Shown one piece after another: positions 1-9,943 of a DNA stretch of 64,000 bases. The DNA is from Turneriella sp. (GTDB taxonomy: Bacteria; Spirochaetota; Leptospiria; Turneriellales; Turneriellaceae), in contig CBDIID010000003.1 of assembly GCA_965279515.1 (NCBI GenBank), positions 2,496,001 to 2,560,000 on the forward strand, given 5' to 3'. A program made the translations under genes and the position numbers. The notes under the pieces were generated by a model. That model was not told the origin of the DNA and did not search any database. It saw nothing but the letters and a program-made list of their open reading frames with translations. Numbering within the stretch: position 1 is the first letter of the stretch; every line of letters starts with the position of its first letter.

Positions 1-1
1 G

Positions 2-211
2 ATCAAGGGCATCATTGAAGAGAACGACAAAAAAATGCAGGAAAAACGCGACGAAAGCACTAAAAAAGTTGAAGAGCAGAAGGGCGCGACTGAGAACAAG
101 ATTCAGGAAATGAATAAAGGCACCACCGAAAAGATCGATCAGATGAAGAACAACATTGAAGAGCAAAAGAAAAAGCGCGAAGAGTTGTTCAAGAAATTCC
201 CTCAGAAATAG
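2..211 (+). CDS. C-terminal fragment of a K/E-rich coiled-coil protein, truncated by the window edge
   Basis: Open frame 2 (IKGIIEENDKKMQEKRDE...KKFPQK) ending TAG at 209-211. Confidence 0.7.
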   Translation: MKGIIEENDKKMQEKRDESTKKVEEQKGATENKIQEMNKGTTEKIDQMKNNIEEQKKKREELFKKFPQK

Positions 212-222
212 CGAGCAAAGCA

Positions 223-274
223 GAGCTGTCTAAAAAGGCGCAAGAAAACCGCATACGCGCCTTTTAGACAGCTC
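223..274. terminator. Long inverted repeat between convergent genes, probable bidirectional terminator
   Basis: gagctgtctaaaaaggcgc ... gcgccttttagacagctc. Confidence 0.6.
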
Positions 275-1349
275 CTGGCTGAAAATCTTCGGGATAATAA
301 ATCGTCACTTCTTCAGATTTACCGCGTACGGTACTTGTCTGTAATCTTTTGACTTTGAGGCGTTCGCCGCCGATCTCGCGGGTCTTTTCATCGATCAGAA
401 TATCAACCTTCGCGTTTTTGGTCATCGCCTCAAGCCGCGCAGACAGGTTCACCGGATCGCCGAGAATGGTGTATTCCAGTTTGTGGACATTACCGATGTT
501 ACCGGCAAAAACTTCACCCGTTGTGATTCCGATACCAAACCCAATCGGGTCCTTCACAGTCGCAGGACGTACTTCGTTATACATGGCAATATGCGAACGG
601 ATTCTCATCGCGCAGCTGAGCGCATCGAGCGTCGATTCGGAGGTATAGTTTCTGAGGCCGAATGTCACCAAAAAACCGTCGCCGGTGAACTTGTTGATCG
701 CCCCGTTACAGCTATAGATGAGATCTGAAATATCGGCGAAAAAACCGCTCAAAAACTGGAAGAAATTCGTCGGCCCCATCTGCTCGGCCATCGCTGTCGA
801 ATTGCGCAGGTCGAACATGAGAAAGGTTGCGGTCATGGTCTCGCCGCCAGGGTCGGCGGCGATACTGCCGTCAAGAATCGCATGGATCAAATCTTTCGAG
901 AAATAACGGCTCAGCTTTCTGAGATCGCCTTCGAGCTGCAACTGCAGCGCCTCATTCGATTTGCGGTAATTTCTGAGCTGCACCACCGCAGAAATGCGCA
1001 GCAGGTATTCTTCATGGTGAAAGGGTTTGCGGATAAAATCGACGGCGCCCTGCCTCAGAGATTCAAACGTCACTTCGGGGTTGTCATGTCCCGAAAGTAC
1101 GATGGTGTCTGGCCGCAGTTCAGGATCCCAGGTATTGATTTTTTTGAGTATGGTAATGCCGTCGGTATCGGGCAGCATGATGTCGAGCACGAGGACATCC
1201 GGCTGCCATTCTTCGACGAGCTTTAGACCCTCTGCACCTGTCTCGGCGTGTTTGGCATCATAGCCGCTTTTTTCGAGCAACATGGTTTGCACCATCGCTA
1301 TCGTGGTACTGTCTTCAATGACGAGAATTTTGACCTTGCTTTGTTCCAT
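264..1349 (-). CDS. Receiver-domain class III adenylate cyclase
   Basis: REC (ILVIED, DVLVLDIMLP, KP) plus cyclase motifs FDLRNST, NKFTGDG, EYTILGDPVNLSARLE; start trimmed to MEQSK. Confidence 0.9.
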   Translation of the reverse strand: MEQSKVKILVIEDSTTIAMVQTMLLEKSGYDAKHAETGAEGLKLVEEWQPDVLVLDIMLPDTDGITILKKINTWDPELRPDTIVLSGHDNPEVTFESLRQGAVDFIRKPFHHEEYLLRISAVVQLRNYRKSNEALQLQLEGDLRKLSRYFSKDLIHAILDGSIAADPGGETMTATFLMFDLRNSTAMAEQMGPTNFFQFLSGFFADISDLIYSCNGAINKFTGDGFLVTFGLRNYTSESTLDALSCAMRIRSHIAMYNEVRPATVKDPIGFGIGITTGEVFAGNIGNVHKLEYTILGDPVNLSARLEAMTKNAKVDILIDEKTREIGGERLKVKRLQTSTVRGKSEEVTIYYPEDFQPGAV

Positions 1350-1446
1350 ATCACTTACCTTCGAGCAACCTTGAAGCCAGTCGACAGTTGTGGACGAGGC
1401 CCGTTTTTTTCCTTGATACTGTAAAGTCCATTTCGGCGAATGAAGC

Positions 1447-1944
1447 ATGAAGCCGCACCAGCACTGCCACTTCTGCGGCACCGCATACCCGGCGGTAGCG
1501 TTTCCGAAAACCTGTCCCGAGTGTAAGCAGACCATCTGGTCGAACCCGCTGCCGGTGGCCGTGGTGCTTGTGAAAATGGACGGGGGCGTGCTGATCATCC
1601 AAAGGGGGATTGAACCCGCGAAGGGCCATTGGGCATTGCCAGGAGGCTTTCTTGAGACCGGTGAAAGCTGGCAAGAGGGTGCCGCGCGCGAGGTCCGTGA
1701 AGAGACGGGTTTGGTTTTGCCATGTGCAGAGATTCAACTGATCGATGCCCTGAGCGTGGCACAGAACCGGCAGATCATTTTGTTCTGCATGACCAAGGGG
1801 CACTATTCACGAAACGACTTCAAGTTCGAGCCGTGTGAAGAGACACTCGACCTGAGAGTGATGATACAACCGGAAGAGCTGGCGTTCTCGGCGCACACGG
1901 AGTACGCGCGGCGACTGCTCGCGGGAAAGATTGCGGGGCTGTAG
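1447..1944 (+). CDS. NUDIX hydrolase with N-terminal zinc ribbon
   Basis: CHFCG...CPEC and Nudix box [23 protein letters not shown]. Confidence 0.9.
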   Translation: MKPHQHCHFCGTAYPAVAFPKTCPECKQTIWSNPLPVAVVLVKMDGGVLIIQRGIEPAKGHWALPGGFLETGESWQEGAAREVREETGLVLPCAEIQLIDALSVAQNRQIILFCMTKGHYSRNDFKFEPCEETLDLRVMIQPEELAFSAHTEYARRLLAGKIAGL

Positions 1945-1955
1945 GCACGTAATTC

Positions 1956-2300
1956 CTAGGATATCAGAGATTCCGCCGGTATATTCAACTTCTTATTCAG
2001 GTTCCTTATCATTTCGACCGTCAAAGCGCGCTTCCGGGATAAAATTTCCGAAACCCGGTTATTCCCCCCAAGCAGCGGCGAAATGTCGGTCTTTTTTAAA
2101 CCCATCTGCTCCATTCTGAACTTTATTGCTTCAATTGGATCAGGAGGCAAGATATTATAATGGGTTTCTTCATACAGATCAACTAGTGTGGAAATTACAT
2201 CCAGTTCATCTCGTAATTTCTTGTCCTTAGTATCCCAAATTTCCTCAATACGCTTTAGCGTCCGCTTATAATCTTTCTCATTTCTAATCGGGGTTATCAT
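1956..2300 (-). CDS. higA: HigA-family HTH antitoxin
   Basis: PDPIEAIKFRMEQ...VSEILSRKRALT; downstream of and coupled to the toxin. Confidence 0.9.
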   Translation of the reverse strand: MITPIRNEKDYKRTLKRIEEIWDTKDKKLRDELDVISTLVDLYEETHYNILPPDPIEAIKFRMEQMGLKKTDISPLLGGNNRVSEILSRKRALTVEMIRNLNKKLNIPAESLIS

Positions 2301-2599
2301 TAGACCTCCTCAGGGATTATTTTATCGTATTCCATATGCGTGCCGATGAAACGAATGAATACTATTCCGATTTGATAATTTATGGCGACGATCAGCCGGT
2401 ACTTATTGCCACATATGTTGAATACGACCCTCTTATTATTGATTATGCTTGCTGTTCGGTACTTCACCTTAATTTCAGCAGAGTTCTTCCATTTGGCAGC
2501 TTTGACCTCATAGAGCCAGGCTCTTAAGGCTTGCTCTGAATCACGTCTACCGGCCTTCTGCCAAAAGTCGCGCAAAGCCTTTCTGGAAATCACCCGCAA
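2300..2599 (-). CDS. higB: HigB-family mRNase toxin
   Basis: MRVISRKAL...RVVFNICGNKYRLIV...IRFIGTH..YD. Confidence 0.9.
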   Translation of the reverse strand: MRVISRKALRDFWQKAGRRDSEQALRAWLYEVKAAKWKNSAEIKVKYRTASIINNKRVVFNICGNKYRLIVAINYQIGIVFIRFIGTHMEYDKIIPEEV

Positions 2600-2639
2600 G
2601 GGCTTAAATACGCCAGAAATGTCCGTTCGTCAATCTATT

Positions 2640-2656
2640 TTTCCCAAAATGGGAAA
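2640..2656. promoter_or_regulatory. Palindromic operator upstream of higBA
   Basis: tttccca-aaa-tgggaaa next to a minus-strand TTGACG -35 (2628-2633). Confidence 0.6.
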
Positions 2657-2681
2657 TATCTTCAAGGCATACATCCAACGA

Positions 2682-3002
2682 CTAATAACCAAACTCGCGC
2701 AGAATTTCGGGCGCCGTCACCTGCGCCCCGGCGTTGTACGCGCGCACACCACCCGCCGTGAAGTGCATCAGCGTAATTTTATCTTCGGGACAAAGATCGA
2801 AACAGGATGCATCCACCGCGCGCACCTTTTTCTTCAGATCGCGCTCCGCAATCAGCTCTTTGAGCGCAACGCGCAGCTTTGTCTTCTCGCCATCCATGGC
2901 ATTGAGCTTACCCGCACACTTCTGGCAGACTGCAATGCAACTTTGCCAGGGAGGCTCTGCTGCAACAATGTGCGTCAATGAATCTGTAGTGCGGTGTTCC
3001 AT
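2682..3002 (-). CDS. Small Cys-rich protein, thioredoxin-like [2Fe-2S] ferredoxin candidate
   Basis: VCQKC ... SCFDLCP cysteine pattern. Confidence 0.55.
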   Translation of the reverse strand: MEHRTTDSLTHIVAAEPPWQSCIAVCQKCAGKLNAMDGEKTKLRVALKELIAERDLKKKVRAVDASCFDLCPEDKITLMHFTAGGVRAYNAGAQVTAPEILREFGY

Positions 3003-3102
3003 GATTTACGAAGGCGTGCCTAACCTCAATTAAAGAGCCTAATACATAATACTCGCCCGAAGGAAAATAAACCACATTTTTATGGGTGAAATCTGCTTTT
3101 TA

Positions 3103-3131
3103 TTGACGGTCATGTCTGCCGAAATTAATAT
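3103..3131 (+). promoter_or_regulatory. Sigma70-like promoter of clpC
   Basis: TTGACG-17 nt-TAATAT, 6 nt before the ATG. Confidence 0.55.
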
Positions 3132-3137
3132 ATCCTT

Positions 3138-5723
3138 ATGTTCGATTTCACAAACCGCGTTAAGAAGATTATCAACGAGTATGCGCCCCGCGAGGCAAAA
3201 CGGCTCGGCCACGAGTTCCTGGGTCCGGAGCACATACTCCTTGGCCTTCTCAAAGCGCAGGATTCCGTCGCCGTCAAGATGCTCATGAACCTCGGTATCG
3301 ATTTGGGTGAGCTGCGCAAAGAAATCGAAAAACGCTCTGAGCAAGACAGCGCCACGCTGGTCATCGACCCCACCAGCAAAGATAAGGTGCAGCGTATTCT
3401 CGAACTTTCACGCGACGAGGCGCGCAAGATGCGCCACAGCTATATCGGCTCAGAGCACGTACTGCTCTCGCTGCTGCGCGACACGAACGGTATCGTCGCC
3501 GCGGCCCTGCAAACCTTCCAGATCAACTACCAGGTTATCCGCAATGAACTCAATGCGACGTTGGGATTACCACAGGCGACCACCACGCAGAAGACCGCAG
3601 CAGCGCAACCGAAGAAAGAGGCGTCGAAAACACCGATGCTCGACGAGTTTGCGCGCAACCTGTCACGCATGGCCGAAGAAAAACTAACCGATCCGGTGAT
3701 CGGCCGCGACCATGAAATCGAACGTGTTATCCAGATTCTCTCGCGCAAGACTAAGAATAACCCGATTCTCATCGGCGAAGCCGGTGTGGGCAAAACCGCC
3801 ATCGCCGAAGGTCTCGCGCAGCGTATCACCCAGAAGCGCGTACCCGAGCCGATGTTCAACCGTCAGGTCTATTCGCTCGATGTCGCCGCGCTCATCGCCG
3901 GCACAAAATACCGCGGCGAGTTTGAAGACCGCATCAAGAAGATCATGAAAGAGATCCGCACAAACCGCGAAGTCATTCTCTTCATCGACGAAGTCCATAC
4001 CATCATCGGCGCGGGTGCGGCCGAAGGCGCAGTCGACGCCGCGAACATTCTGAAACCGGCCCTCGCGCGGGGGGAGATCCAGTGTATCGGCGCGACGACG
4101 CTGCGCGAATACAAACGTTATATCGAACGCGATTCGGCGCTCGAGCGCCGCTTCCAGTCGGTCATGGTCGAAGAGCCGTCTGTGGAAGATGCGATCCGCA
4201 TTCTGGCGGGCCTGCGCCATGCCTATGAGAAACACCACGCGGTGTCTTTCAGCAAAGAGGCGATCATATCGGCCGTGAAACTCTCAGACCGCTATATCAA
4301 AGACCGGTTCCTGCCCGATAAGGCGATCGATATTATTGATGAAGCCGGCTCGCATGCCCGGCTGAAATCCGCCGTGATTCCAGAAGAGATCAAAGAGATC
4401 GAAAAAGAAATGCAGCAGCTGACGCGCGACAAAAACGAAATGGTGCGCCAGCAGGAATATGAAAAGGCCGCAAAACTGCGCGACCAGATCGGTGAGGCAA
4501 ACACGCGCCTCGCCGACGCGATGACTTCATGGCGCCGCAGCCAGAAAGAGGCGCGCGTTGAAATTACTGCAGAAGATATCAGCAAAGTCATCGCCGACTG
4601 GACAGGTATTCCGCTGCAACAGCTGAAAGACAGTGAGAATGAACGCCTCATCAAAATGCCCGAAGAGCTGGCTGACCGCGTCGTCGGGCAAAAGGCCGCG
4701 ATCGACCAGATCTCGCGTGCCGTACGGCGGGCGCGCATGGGTCTTAAATCCATTAAAAAGCCGATCGGCAGCTTTATCTTCTTAGGGCCGACAGGCGTGG
4801 GTAAAACCGAACTCGCGAAGGCGCTTGCGGAATTCATGTTCGGCGACGAAGAAGCGCTGATCCGTTTCGATATGAGCGAGTACATGGAAATGCACTCGGT
4901 CTCGAAATTCATCGGTTCGCCCCCGGGTTATGTTGGCCACGAAGACGGCGGCCAGCTGACCGAGGCGATCCGCCGCCACCCGCATTCGGTGCTGTTGTTC
5001 GATGAGATCGAAAAGGCACACCCCGAGATTCAGAATATATTATTGCAGGTGCTCGACGAAGGTGAACTCACCGACAACGCGGGTCACCACGTCGATTTTA
5101 AGGAAACGATCATTATCCTGACGTCGAATATCGGCGCGCGGTTTCTGCAAAAGGGCGGTAAGCTCGGTTTTAGCGAAGGCGACAGCAGGCAGGATGGCAA
5201 ACGCGAGCAGGTCCTGGAAGAGCTGCGCAAACATTTCTCCCCCGAGTTTTTGAACCGCATCGATGATGTGATCATTTTCGATCCGTTGACGCGCGAAGAA
5301 ATTCAGGAGATCGTCGACCTGACGATCGACGAAATCAACTACAATGCGCTGGCGAAAAACATGTACCTGACTCTGAAGGGCAATGCCCGCAGCTACCTGG
5401 CCGACAAGGGGTTCAGTGAGAAATACGGCGCACGGCCACTCAAACGTCTCGTGCAGCGTGAAATCGAAGACGAACTCGCGATGATGCTGCTCGAAAAAAA
5501 GATCACGCAACCCGTAGAGATCAAGATCTCCACGACGAAAAAAGACGGCGCAGAAAAACTCTCTTTCGCCTTTGAAAACCTCAGTGCTGAGAAGTTCCTC
5601 GAAATCAGGGGTGAATACTTCGAAGACGAAGCCTCCATCGACGAAATCTGGGAAAATTCACTGCTGGAAACAGAAGAGGGTGAAGCCGAAGACGAAGCGG
5701 AGAGCGAGGTCACGCAGAAATAA
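3138..5723 (+). CDS. clpC: ATP-dependent Clp protease ATPase subunit ClpC
   Basis: Clp N repeats, two AAA+ modules ([16 protein letters not shown]), UVR-type middle domain, LGF ClpP-docking loop, acidic tail. Confidence 0.95.
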   Translation: MFDFTNRVKKIINEYAPREAKRLGHEFLGPEHILLGLLKAQDSVAVKMLMNLGIDLGELRKEIEKRSEQDSATLVIDPTSKDKVQRILELSRDEARKMRHSYIGSEHVLLSLLRDTNGIVAAALQTFQINYQVIRNELNATLGLPQATTTQKTAAAQPKKEASKTPMLDEFARNLSRMAEEKLTDPVIGRDHEIERVIQILSRKTKNNPILIGEAGVGKTAIAEGLAQRITQKRVPEPMFNRQVYSLDVAALIAGTKYRGEFEDRIKKIMKEIRTNREVILFIDEVHTIIGAGAAEGAVDAANILKPALARGEIQCIGATTLREYKRYIERDSALERRFQSVMVEEPSVEDAIRILAGLRHAYEKHHAVSFSKEAIISAVKLSDRYIKDRFLPDKAIDIIDEAGSHARLKSAVIPEEIKEIEKEMQQLTRDKNEMVRQQEYEKAAKLRDQIGEANTRLADAMTSWRRSQKEARVEITAEDISKVIADWTGIPLQQLKDSENERLIKMPEELADRVVGQKAAIDQISRAVRRARMGLKSIKKPIGSFIFLGPTGVGKTELAKALAEFMFGDEEALIRFDMSEYMEMHSVSKFIGSPPGYVGHEDGGQLTEAIRRHPHSVLLFDEIEKAHPEIQNILLQVLDEGELTDNAGHHVDFKETIIILTSNIGARFLQKGGKLGFSEGDSRQDGKREQVLEELRKHFSPEFLNRIDDVIIFDPLTREEIQEIVDLTIDEINYNALAKNMYLTLKGNARSYLADKGFSEKYGARPLKRLVQREIEDELAMMLLEKKITQPVEIKISTTKKDGAEKLSFAFENLSAEKFLEIRGEYFEDEASIDEIWENSLLETEEGEAEDEAESEVTQK

Positions 5724-5740
5724 GCGGCGCCGGCAAGCCG

Positions 5741-6691
5741 CTGGAAAGCGCCACACCGGCGCCTTTCCATAAGAGTATCCTCGTTGGGGCCGTGCTGCAC
5801 GCGGCGCAAAAGCTTCCCTACCTGCCGGCGGAGCATCGCAAAATCTGGGATGGCACCACCGGGCTTGGGGGACACCTCGAGGCATTTGCCTCAGCGTATA
5901 CCGATGCGACACTGCTTGCCTCCGATGCCGACGCCGAAATTTTAGACCTCGCGCGAAGCCGGCTCGGCGAGAAAGTCAGGGAATACCGCCACGAGAATTT
6001 TTCCAGTGCGCCTTTTGCCGACCAGGCGCCTCTGGGCTTCATCTTTCTCGATCTCGGTATCTCATCGGCGCATTTTGACTATTTTTCCCGCGGCTTCAGT
6101 TTCCGTTTCGATCAGCCACTCGATATGCGGATGGACATCAGCCGCGGCTCATCTGTGGCCGATGTACTGGCTTTTACCGAAGAGCATGAACTGGCGCGCA
6201 TTTTCTTCGAATACGGCGAAGAAAAACTCTCGCGCCGCATCGCACGCGAGATTGTCTCACGCCGCAAAACCGAGCCGGTCCGGACGACATTTCAACTCGC
6301 TGAAATCTGTGAAAAGATCTATCCGCCTAAATATAAGGCGAAGGGCCACGCGCAAAGGCATCCGGCTACCCGGGTCTTTCAGGCATTACGCATCTATGTC
6401 AATGGCGAGCTGAATGCCCTCGAAACCGCGCTGAAGATTCTGCCCCACCAGCTCTGTATTGGTGGCAGGCTGGCGATCATCACGTTTCATTCTCTCGAAG
6501 ACCGTATGGTTAAACGCGGCTTCCGCGACCTTTCACAGATTGCACAAAACGACCCGCATGCCAAGAGTAATTTCATACCGGGCGATTTTGAACAGATCCA
6601 CCCGGGTGGCGTCATACCAGAAGAGGCAGAAATCGACGCGAACCCGCGGGCGCGCTCGGCGCGGCTGAGAATTCTCGAGAGAATCAGGTAG
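5741..6691 (+). CDS. rsmH: 16S rRNA m4C1402 methyltransferase RsmH (start uncertain, CTG proposed)
   Basis: DGTTGLGGH, DLGISS, RGFSF..DQPLDMRMD, HPATRVFQALRIYVN, FHSLEDR, NPRARSARLR; in-frame HKSIL motif lies upstream of the ORF-track start. Confidence 0.9.
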   Translation: MESATPAPFHKSILVGAVLHAAQKLPYLPAEHRKIWDGTTGLGGHLEAFASAYTDATLLASDADAEILDLARSRLGEKVREYRHENFSSAPFADQAPLGFIFLDLGISSAHFDYFSRGFSFRFDQPLDMRMDISRGSSVADVLAFTEEHELARIFFEYGEEKLSRRIAREIVSRRKTEPVRTTFQLAEICEKIYPPKYKAKGHAQRHPATRVFQALRIYVNGELNALETALKILPHQLCIGGRLAIITFHSLEDRMVKRGFRDLSQIAQNDPHAKSNFIPGDFEQIHPGGVIPEEAEIDANPRARSARLRILERIR

Positions 6692-7604
6692 TGGGCACGG
6701 GCTCGGCGATTGCTGCCAGCTCTTTGTAGAGAGTGACCGAGTTGCCTTTTTCGTTATAGGTGACCTGCGTCATATTGACGCGTGAGATAAAAATACCGCG
6801 GCCATTGAGGCGCTCGAGATTTTCCGAGGCATGGGGGTTAGGCACTTTACTGACATCAAAACCCTTGCCCTCGTCGGTGATCGTAAAGGCGATCGATCTG
6901 GCGTCATAGGTGTAAGATACATGGACCTTGCGGTTGCGGAACGGTTCTTCGTTCGCACGCTCTTGCAGGTAGCGCTGGTAGTCGAGCACCTCTTCGAGCA
7001 GGTTCTTTTTCATCTCGTAATTGATCTCAAGATTGCCGTGCTCCATGGCGTTGACGAGCATTTCATAGAGCGATAACCTGATCGTGAGCGTGGTTTTTTT
7101 ATCGATGCCGGTGAAACGCGAGATGATGTGCATGATTTCAGACATAAAGGTCGAAACAATGGCAAAATCCGTCGGTAACTGAAACGTGCGCGACTCTTCG
7201 ATGATGCTCGAATAGATGTCATAGTCGGCTTCGCGGTTGGCCGTGAGGGAAAAGAACTTCTCGACGATACGCGCGATGTCGTCGATCTCAAACGGTTTTT
7301 TGAGAAAGTCCAGGGCACCGTGCCTGAGCGCGGTAACAGCGTTTTCGACCGTGGCCTTATCGGTAATGACAATAAACTGCGTATTGGTTTTGCTTTTTTT
7401 GGTTTTTTCAATGTAAGCAATGGCGTCTTCGCCGGGTAAAACGAGCTCGATAAAGATCAGGTGAGGATCTTCACCTTTGAGAACAGCCTTACCCTCGGCA
7501 ATGCTATTGGCGACGAAAATACGGAAGCGATTCTGGAGAATTTCTCCGAGAATTTCCTGAAGGGCGACGTCGGGGTCGATGATGAGAACCGGGGGTTTTA
7601 GCAT
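6684..7604 (-). CDS. Receiver plus RsbW-like HATPase (anti-sigma/Ser kinase) protein
   Basis: REC-like N-terminus; EMLVNAMEHGN, DEGKGFD, GRGIF boxes. Confidence 0.85.
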   Translation of the reverse strand: MLKPPVLIIDPDVALQEILGEILQNRFRIFVANSIAEGKAVLKGEDPHLIFIELVLPGEDAIAYIEKTKKSKTNTQFIVITDKATVENAVTALRHGALDFLKKPFEIDDIARIVEKFFSLTANREADYDIYSSIIEESRTFQLPTDFAIVSTFMSEIMHIISRFTGIDKKTTLTIRLSLYEMLVNAMEHGNLEINYEMKKNLLEEVLDYQRYLQERANEEPFRNRKVHVSYTYDARSIAFTITDEGKGFDVSKVPNPHASENLERLNGRGIFISRVNMTQVTYNEKGNSVTLYKELAAIAEPVPTT

Positions 7605-7656
7605 GAAGCTGTCAGCGGATATTCTAAAAAAGATTGCGTGTCAAGATAAAGTGCGA

Positions 7657-7700
7657 TAAAACCTCTCATGCCCGGGACAAGCCCGGACAGAGAGTCTTTT
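7657..7700 (-). terminator. Hairpin downstream of the lipoprotein gene
   Basis: ctctc-atgcccggg acaa gcccggac-agagag flanked by A/T runs. Confidence 0.5.
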
Positions 7701-7711
7701 TAGCTAATTTG

Positions 7712-8119
7712 TCAGTTTCTGAGGCTTTTGATCTTGTTCAAGGCTTCGAGAACTTCGGGTGATCCGGCAAACTTCTGCATGACTGCCTGTGTTTCGCCCG
7801 AGAAAACATTTTTCACGGCAGCCTGGAAGGCTTCGTTTTTTTCCTTGAGTTCGGGAGGCATCGCGCCCTTAGCCTTCATACCGTGTTTTTTTTCGAGTTC
7901 GGCGCCTTTGCTTTTCATTGTCGACATGGTATTGTAAACCTTTGTCAAAGCGGCTGCCACGGCGGGCGCGTCTTTGGCGGCTTTCATATCGGTAGCAGCT
8001 CCGTTTAATTCCTTAGTTGCATCATCGAAAAGGTTGCCGAAATCTTTCGTCATTGAACCTTTGCCGCAAGCGGCGAGTGTGAAAACTGCAACGGCAATGC
8101 ATAATCCTGTTTTTTTCAT
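7712..8119 (-). CDS. Small helical lipoprotein of unknown function
   Basis: MKK + hydrophobic stretch + LAAC lipobox; AGGAG RBS. Confidence 0.8.
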   Translation of the reverse strand: MKKTGLCIAVAVFTLAACGKGSMTKDFGNLFDDATKELNGAATDMKAAKDAPAVAAALTKVYNTMSTMKSKGAELEKKHGMKAKGAMPPELKEKNEAFQAAVKNVFSGETQAVMQKFAGSPEVLEALNKIKSLRN

Positions 8120-8219
8120 GAATTTTCTCCTGATTTTGCGCCGCGGGATTTCCCGGTGTTTTTCGGGTCGCAGAGCCGGGCTAGCAAACTAAACGAAAGG
8201 ACGCCGTCAAGTCAAACCG

Positions 8220-8648
8220 TCAGGCGACACCCGGCGGCAGTACCCGGCACGACCCCTTACTCACCGTCTCACCCCGCTGGTTGCTCCACAGGATATTCAT
8301 TTCAACGACCTTCATGCGTTCGATTTTTTTGGACACCGTGACGGCAACCGTAACGGTATCGCCGAAATATACCGCATTCCGGAACTTCTGCGTCACCTCA
8401 AGGGCGACTGTTCCGAGGCCCGGCAATTTCATACCGAGCACATTGGCTAAGAGCGATGCCGCAAGGCCACCGTGCGCAATACGCGTTTTAAAGGGCGATG
8501 TCTTCGCGTACTCTTCATTCACATGCAGGGGGTTAAAATCACCGCTGATACCGGCGAATAAATAGACATCGGTTTCTGTAATGGTCTTGGTGAAGCTGGC
8601 GGTTTCGCCGATCTGGATCTGTTCAAAAGTTTTGCCTTTCTCGTACAT
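8220..8648 (-). CDS. MaoC/PhaJ-like (R)-enoyl-CoA hydratase
   Basis: FAGISGDFNPLH...RIAHG hydratase-2 motif. Confidence 0.9.
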   Translation of the reverse strand: MYEKGKTFEQIQIGETASFTKTITETDVYLFAGISGDFNPLHVNEEYAKTSPFKTRIAHGGLAASLLANVLGMKLPGLGTVALEVTQKFRNAVYFGDTVTVAVTVSKKIERMKVVEMNILWSNQRGETVSKGSCRVLPPGVA

Positions 8649-8695
8649 AGGGTTTAGTCGGATTTAAAACACCGGGCGTCGATGACTAACCAAGC

Positions 8696-9895
8696 TCATA
8701 CACATTTCTGCTTCTTCAGTTCTTCGATCTCGGCGGCCGAGAAACCGGCTGCGGTAAGAATTTCGTCGGTGTGCTCACCCTGCGTCGGCGGCGCACTGCG
8801 GTAGGTCACCGGCGTTTCCGAGAAATGGAACGGCGAACCGATCACAGTGACTTTGCCCAGGCGGGGATGATCCATCTCACGGATCATGCCGCGTTCGCGC
8901 AGGTGGCGATCCTGCACCACTTCGCCCATAGAGCTGAGGCCTGAAAAACAACTATCTGTGTTCTCGAAGAGCGGCGACCATTCGGCATAGGTCTTTGCCT
9001 TGAAGATCTTTTCCAATTCGGCATGCACGGCCTTAAACCCCGCTTCGTCGCGGCTCATGTTTTCGAGCAGATCGACACGATCGATCTGGCGCAGGAATGT
9101 CTTAAAGAAGTTTTCTTCCAGCGCCGCCAGCATCACGTACTTACCATCTTTGGTTTCATAGACCTGGTAATTGGGCAACATCCCCGAAAGCGCCTCGTTG
9201 CCACGCTCGGGCTCTTTGCCGCTGGCGATAAACTCTCCCATATAAAGAGACAAAAAGGGCGCCGAGCCATCCTGCATCGAGATATCGAGAAACTGGCCGC
9301 GGCCGGTTTTCTCACGCGCATAGAGCGCCGCGAGAATTGCCGCCAGCGCCGTCAGCGTACCGCCGCCGATATCGGCGACCTGAAAGCCGGGCACCACAGG
9401 CGGGCCACCTTTGACGCCGTTCAGGGCCAAAAGGCCCGCACGCGCAATGTAGTTGGCATCGTGCCCGGCGTGTTCCTTATAAACTCCAGTCGCCCCATAA
9501 CCCGAAATCGCGCAGTAGATCAGCCGCGGGAATTTCTCCTTGAGCTGTTCATAGCCGATGCCCAGCTCGTTCAATGTGTCGGGGCGAAAACCTTCGAGCA
9601 GAATATCACAATCTTTCAGCAGGCGAAAAATTACATCACGGCCGCCCTCGCGCTTGATGTTGACCGTAATCGATTTTTTATTGCGGTTGAGCTGCAGAAA
9701 AAAACCGGTTTCTGAAAATTCTCCCTTCGTGACCTTAGTGCCCATGTAGCGCGTCAGGTCACCCATGCGGGGATTTTCCACTTTGATAACTTCGGCGCCC
9801 ATATCGGCGAGATGCTGCGAACACAGGGGGCCAGGCAGCAGCAACGACAGATCGAGAATTTTTACACCGGTCAGCGGGCCGTTTTCCATTTTCAT
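8696..9895 (-). CDS. CaiB/BaiF family III CoA-transferase
   Basis: LDLSLLLPGP, LADMGAEVIKVE, NRNKKSI, GHDANY. Confidence 0.92.
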   Translation of the reverse strand: MKMENGPLTGVKILDLSLLLPGPLCSQHLADMGAEVIKVENPRMGDLTRYMGTKVTKGEFSETGFFLQLNRNKKSITVNIKREGGRDVIFRLLKDCDILLEGFRPDTLNELGIGYEQLKEKFPRLIYCAISGYGATGVYKEHAGHDANYIARAGLLALNGVKGGPPVVPGFQVADIGGGTLTALAAILAALYAREKTGRGQFLDISMQDGSAPFLSLYMGEFIASGKEPERGNEALSGMLPNYQVYETKDGKYVMLAALEENFFKTFLRQIDRVDLLENMSRDEAGFKAVHAELEKIFKAKTYAEWSPLFENTDSCFSGLSSMGEVVQDRHLRERGMIREMDHPRLGKVTVIGSPFHFSETPVTYRSAPPTQGEHTDEILTAAGFSAAEIEELKKQKCV

Positions 9896-9943
9896 GTTCG
9901 TTGTATTTTTTCTGCGAGAGTCAGCGAAAAGAAAAATGGTATG

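Noticed and set aside
1350..1598. N-terminal extension of the cyclase ORF (likewise for lpdA, DUF898, the ABC exporter, the esterase and the lysophospholipase)
   Set aside because: These extensions overlap neighbouring genes or promoters and precede the first recognisable domain; they are longest-ORF artefacts.
8180..8210. gcaaactaaacgaaaggacgc resembling the start of a c-di-GMP-I riboswitch
   Set aside because: The 3' arm of P2 and all of P3 are missing, it is on the wrong strand for the flanking genes, and the minus strand reads as a plain promoter.
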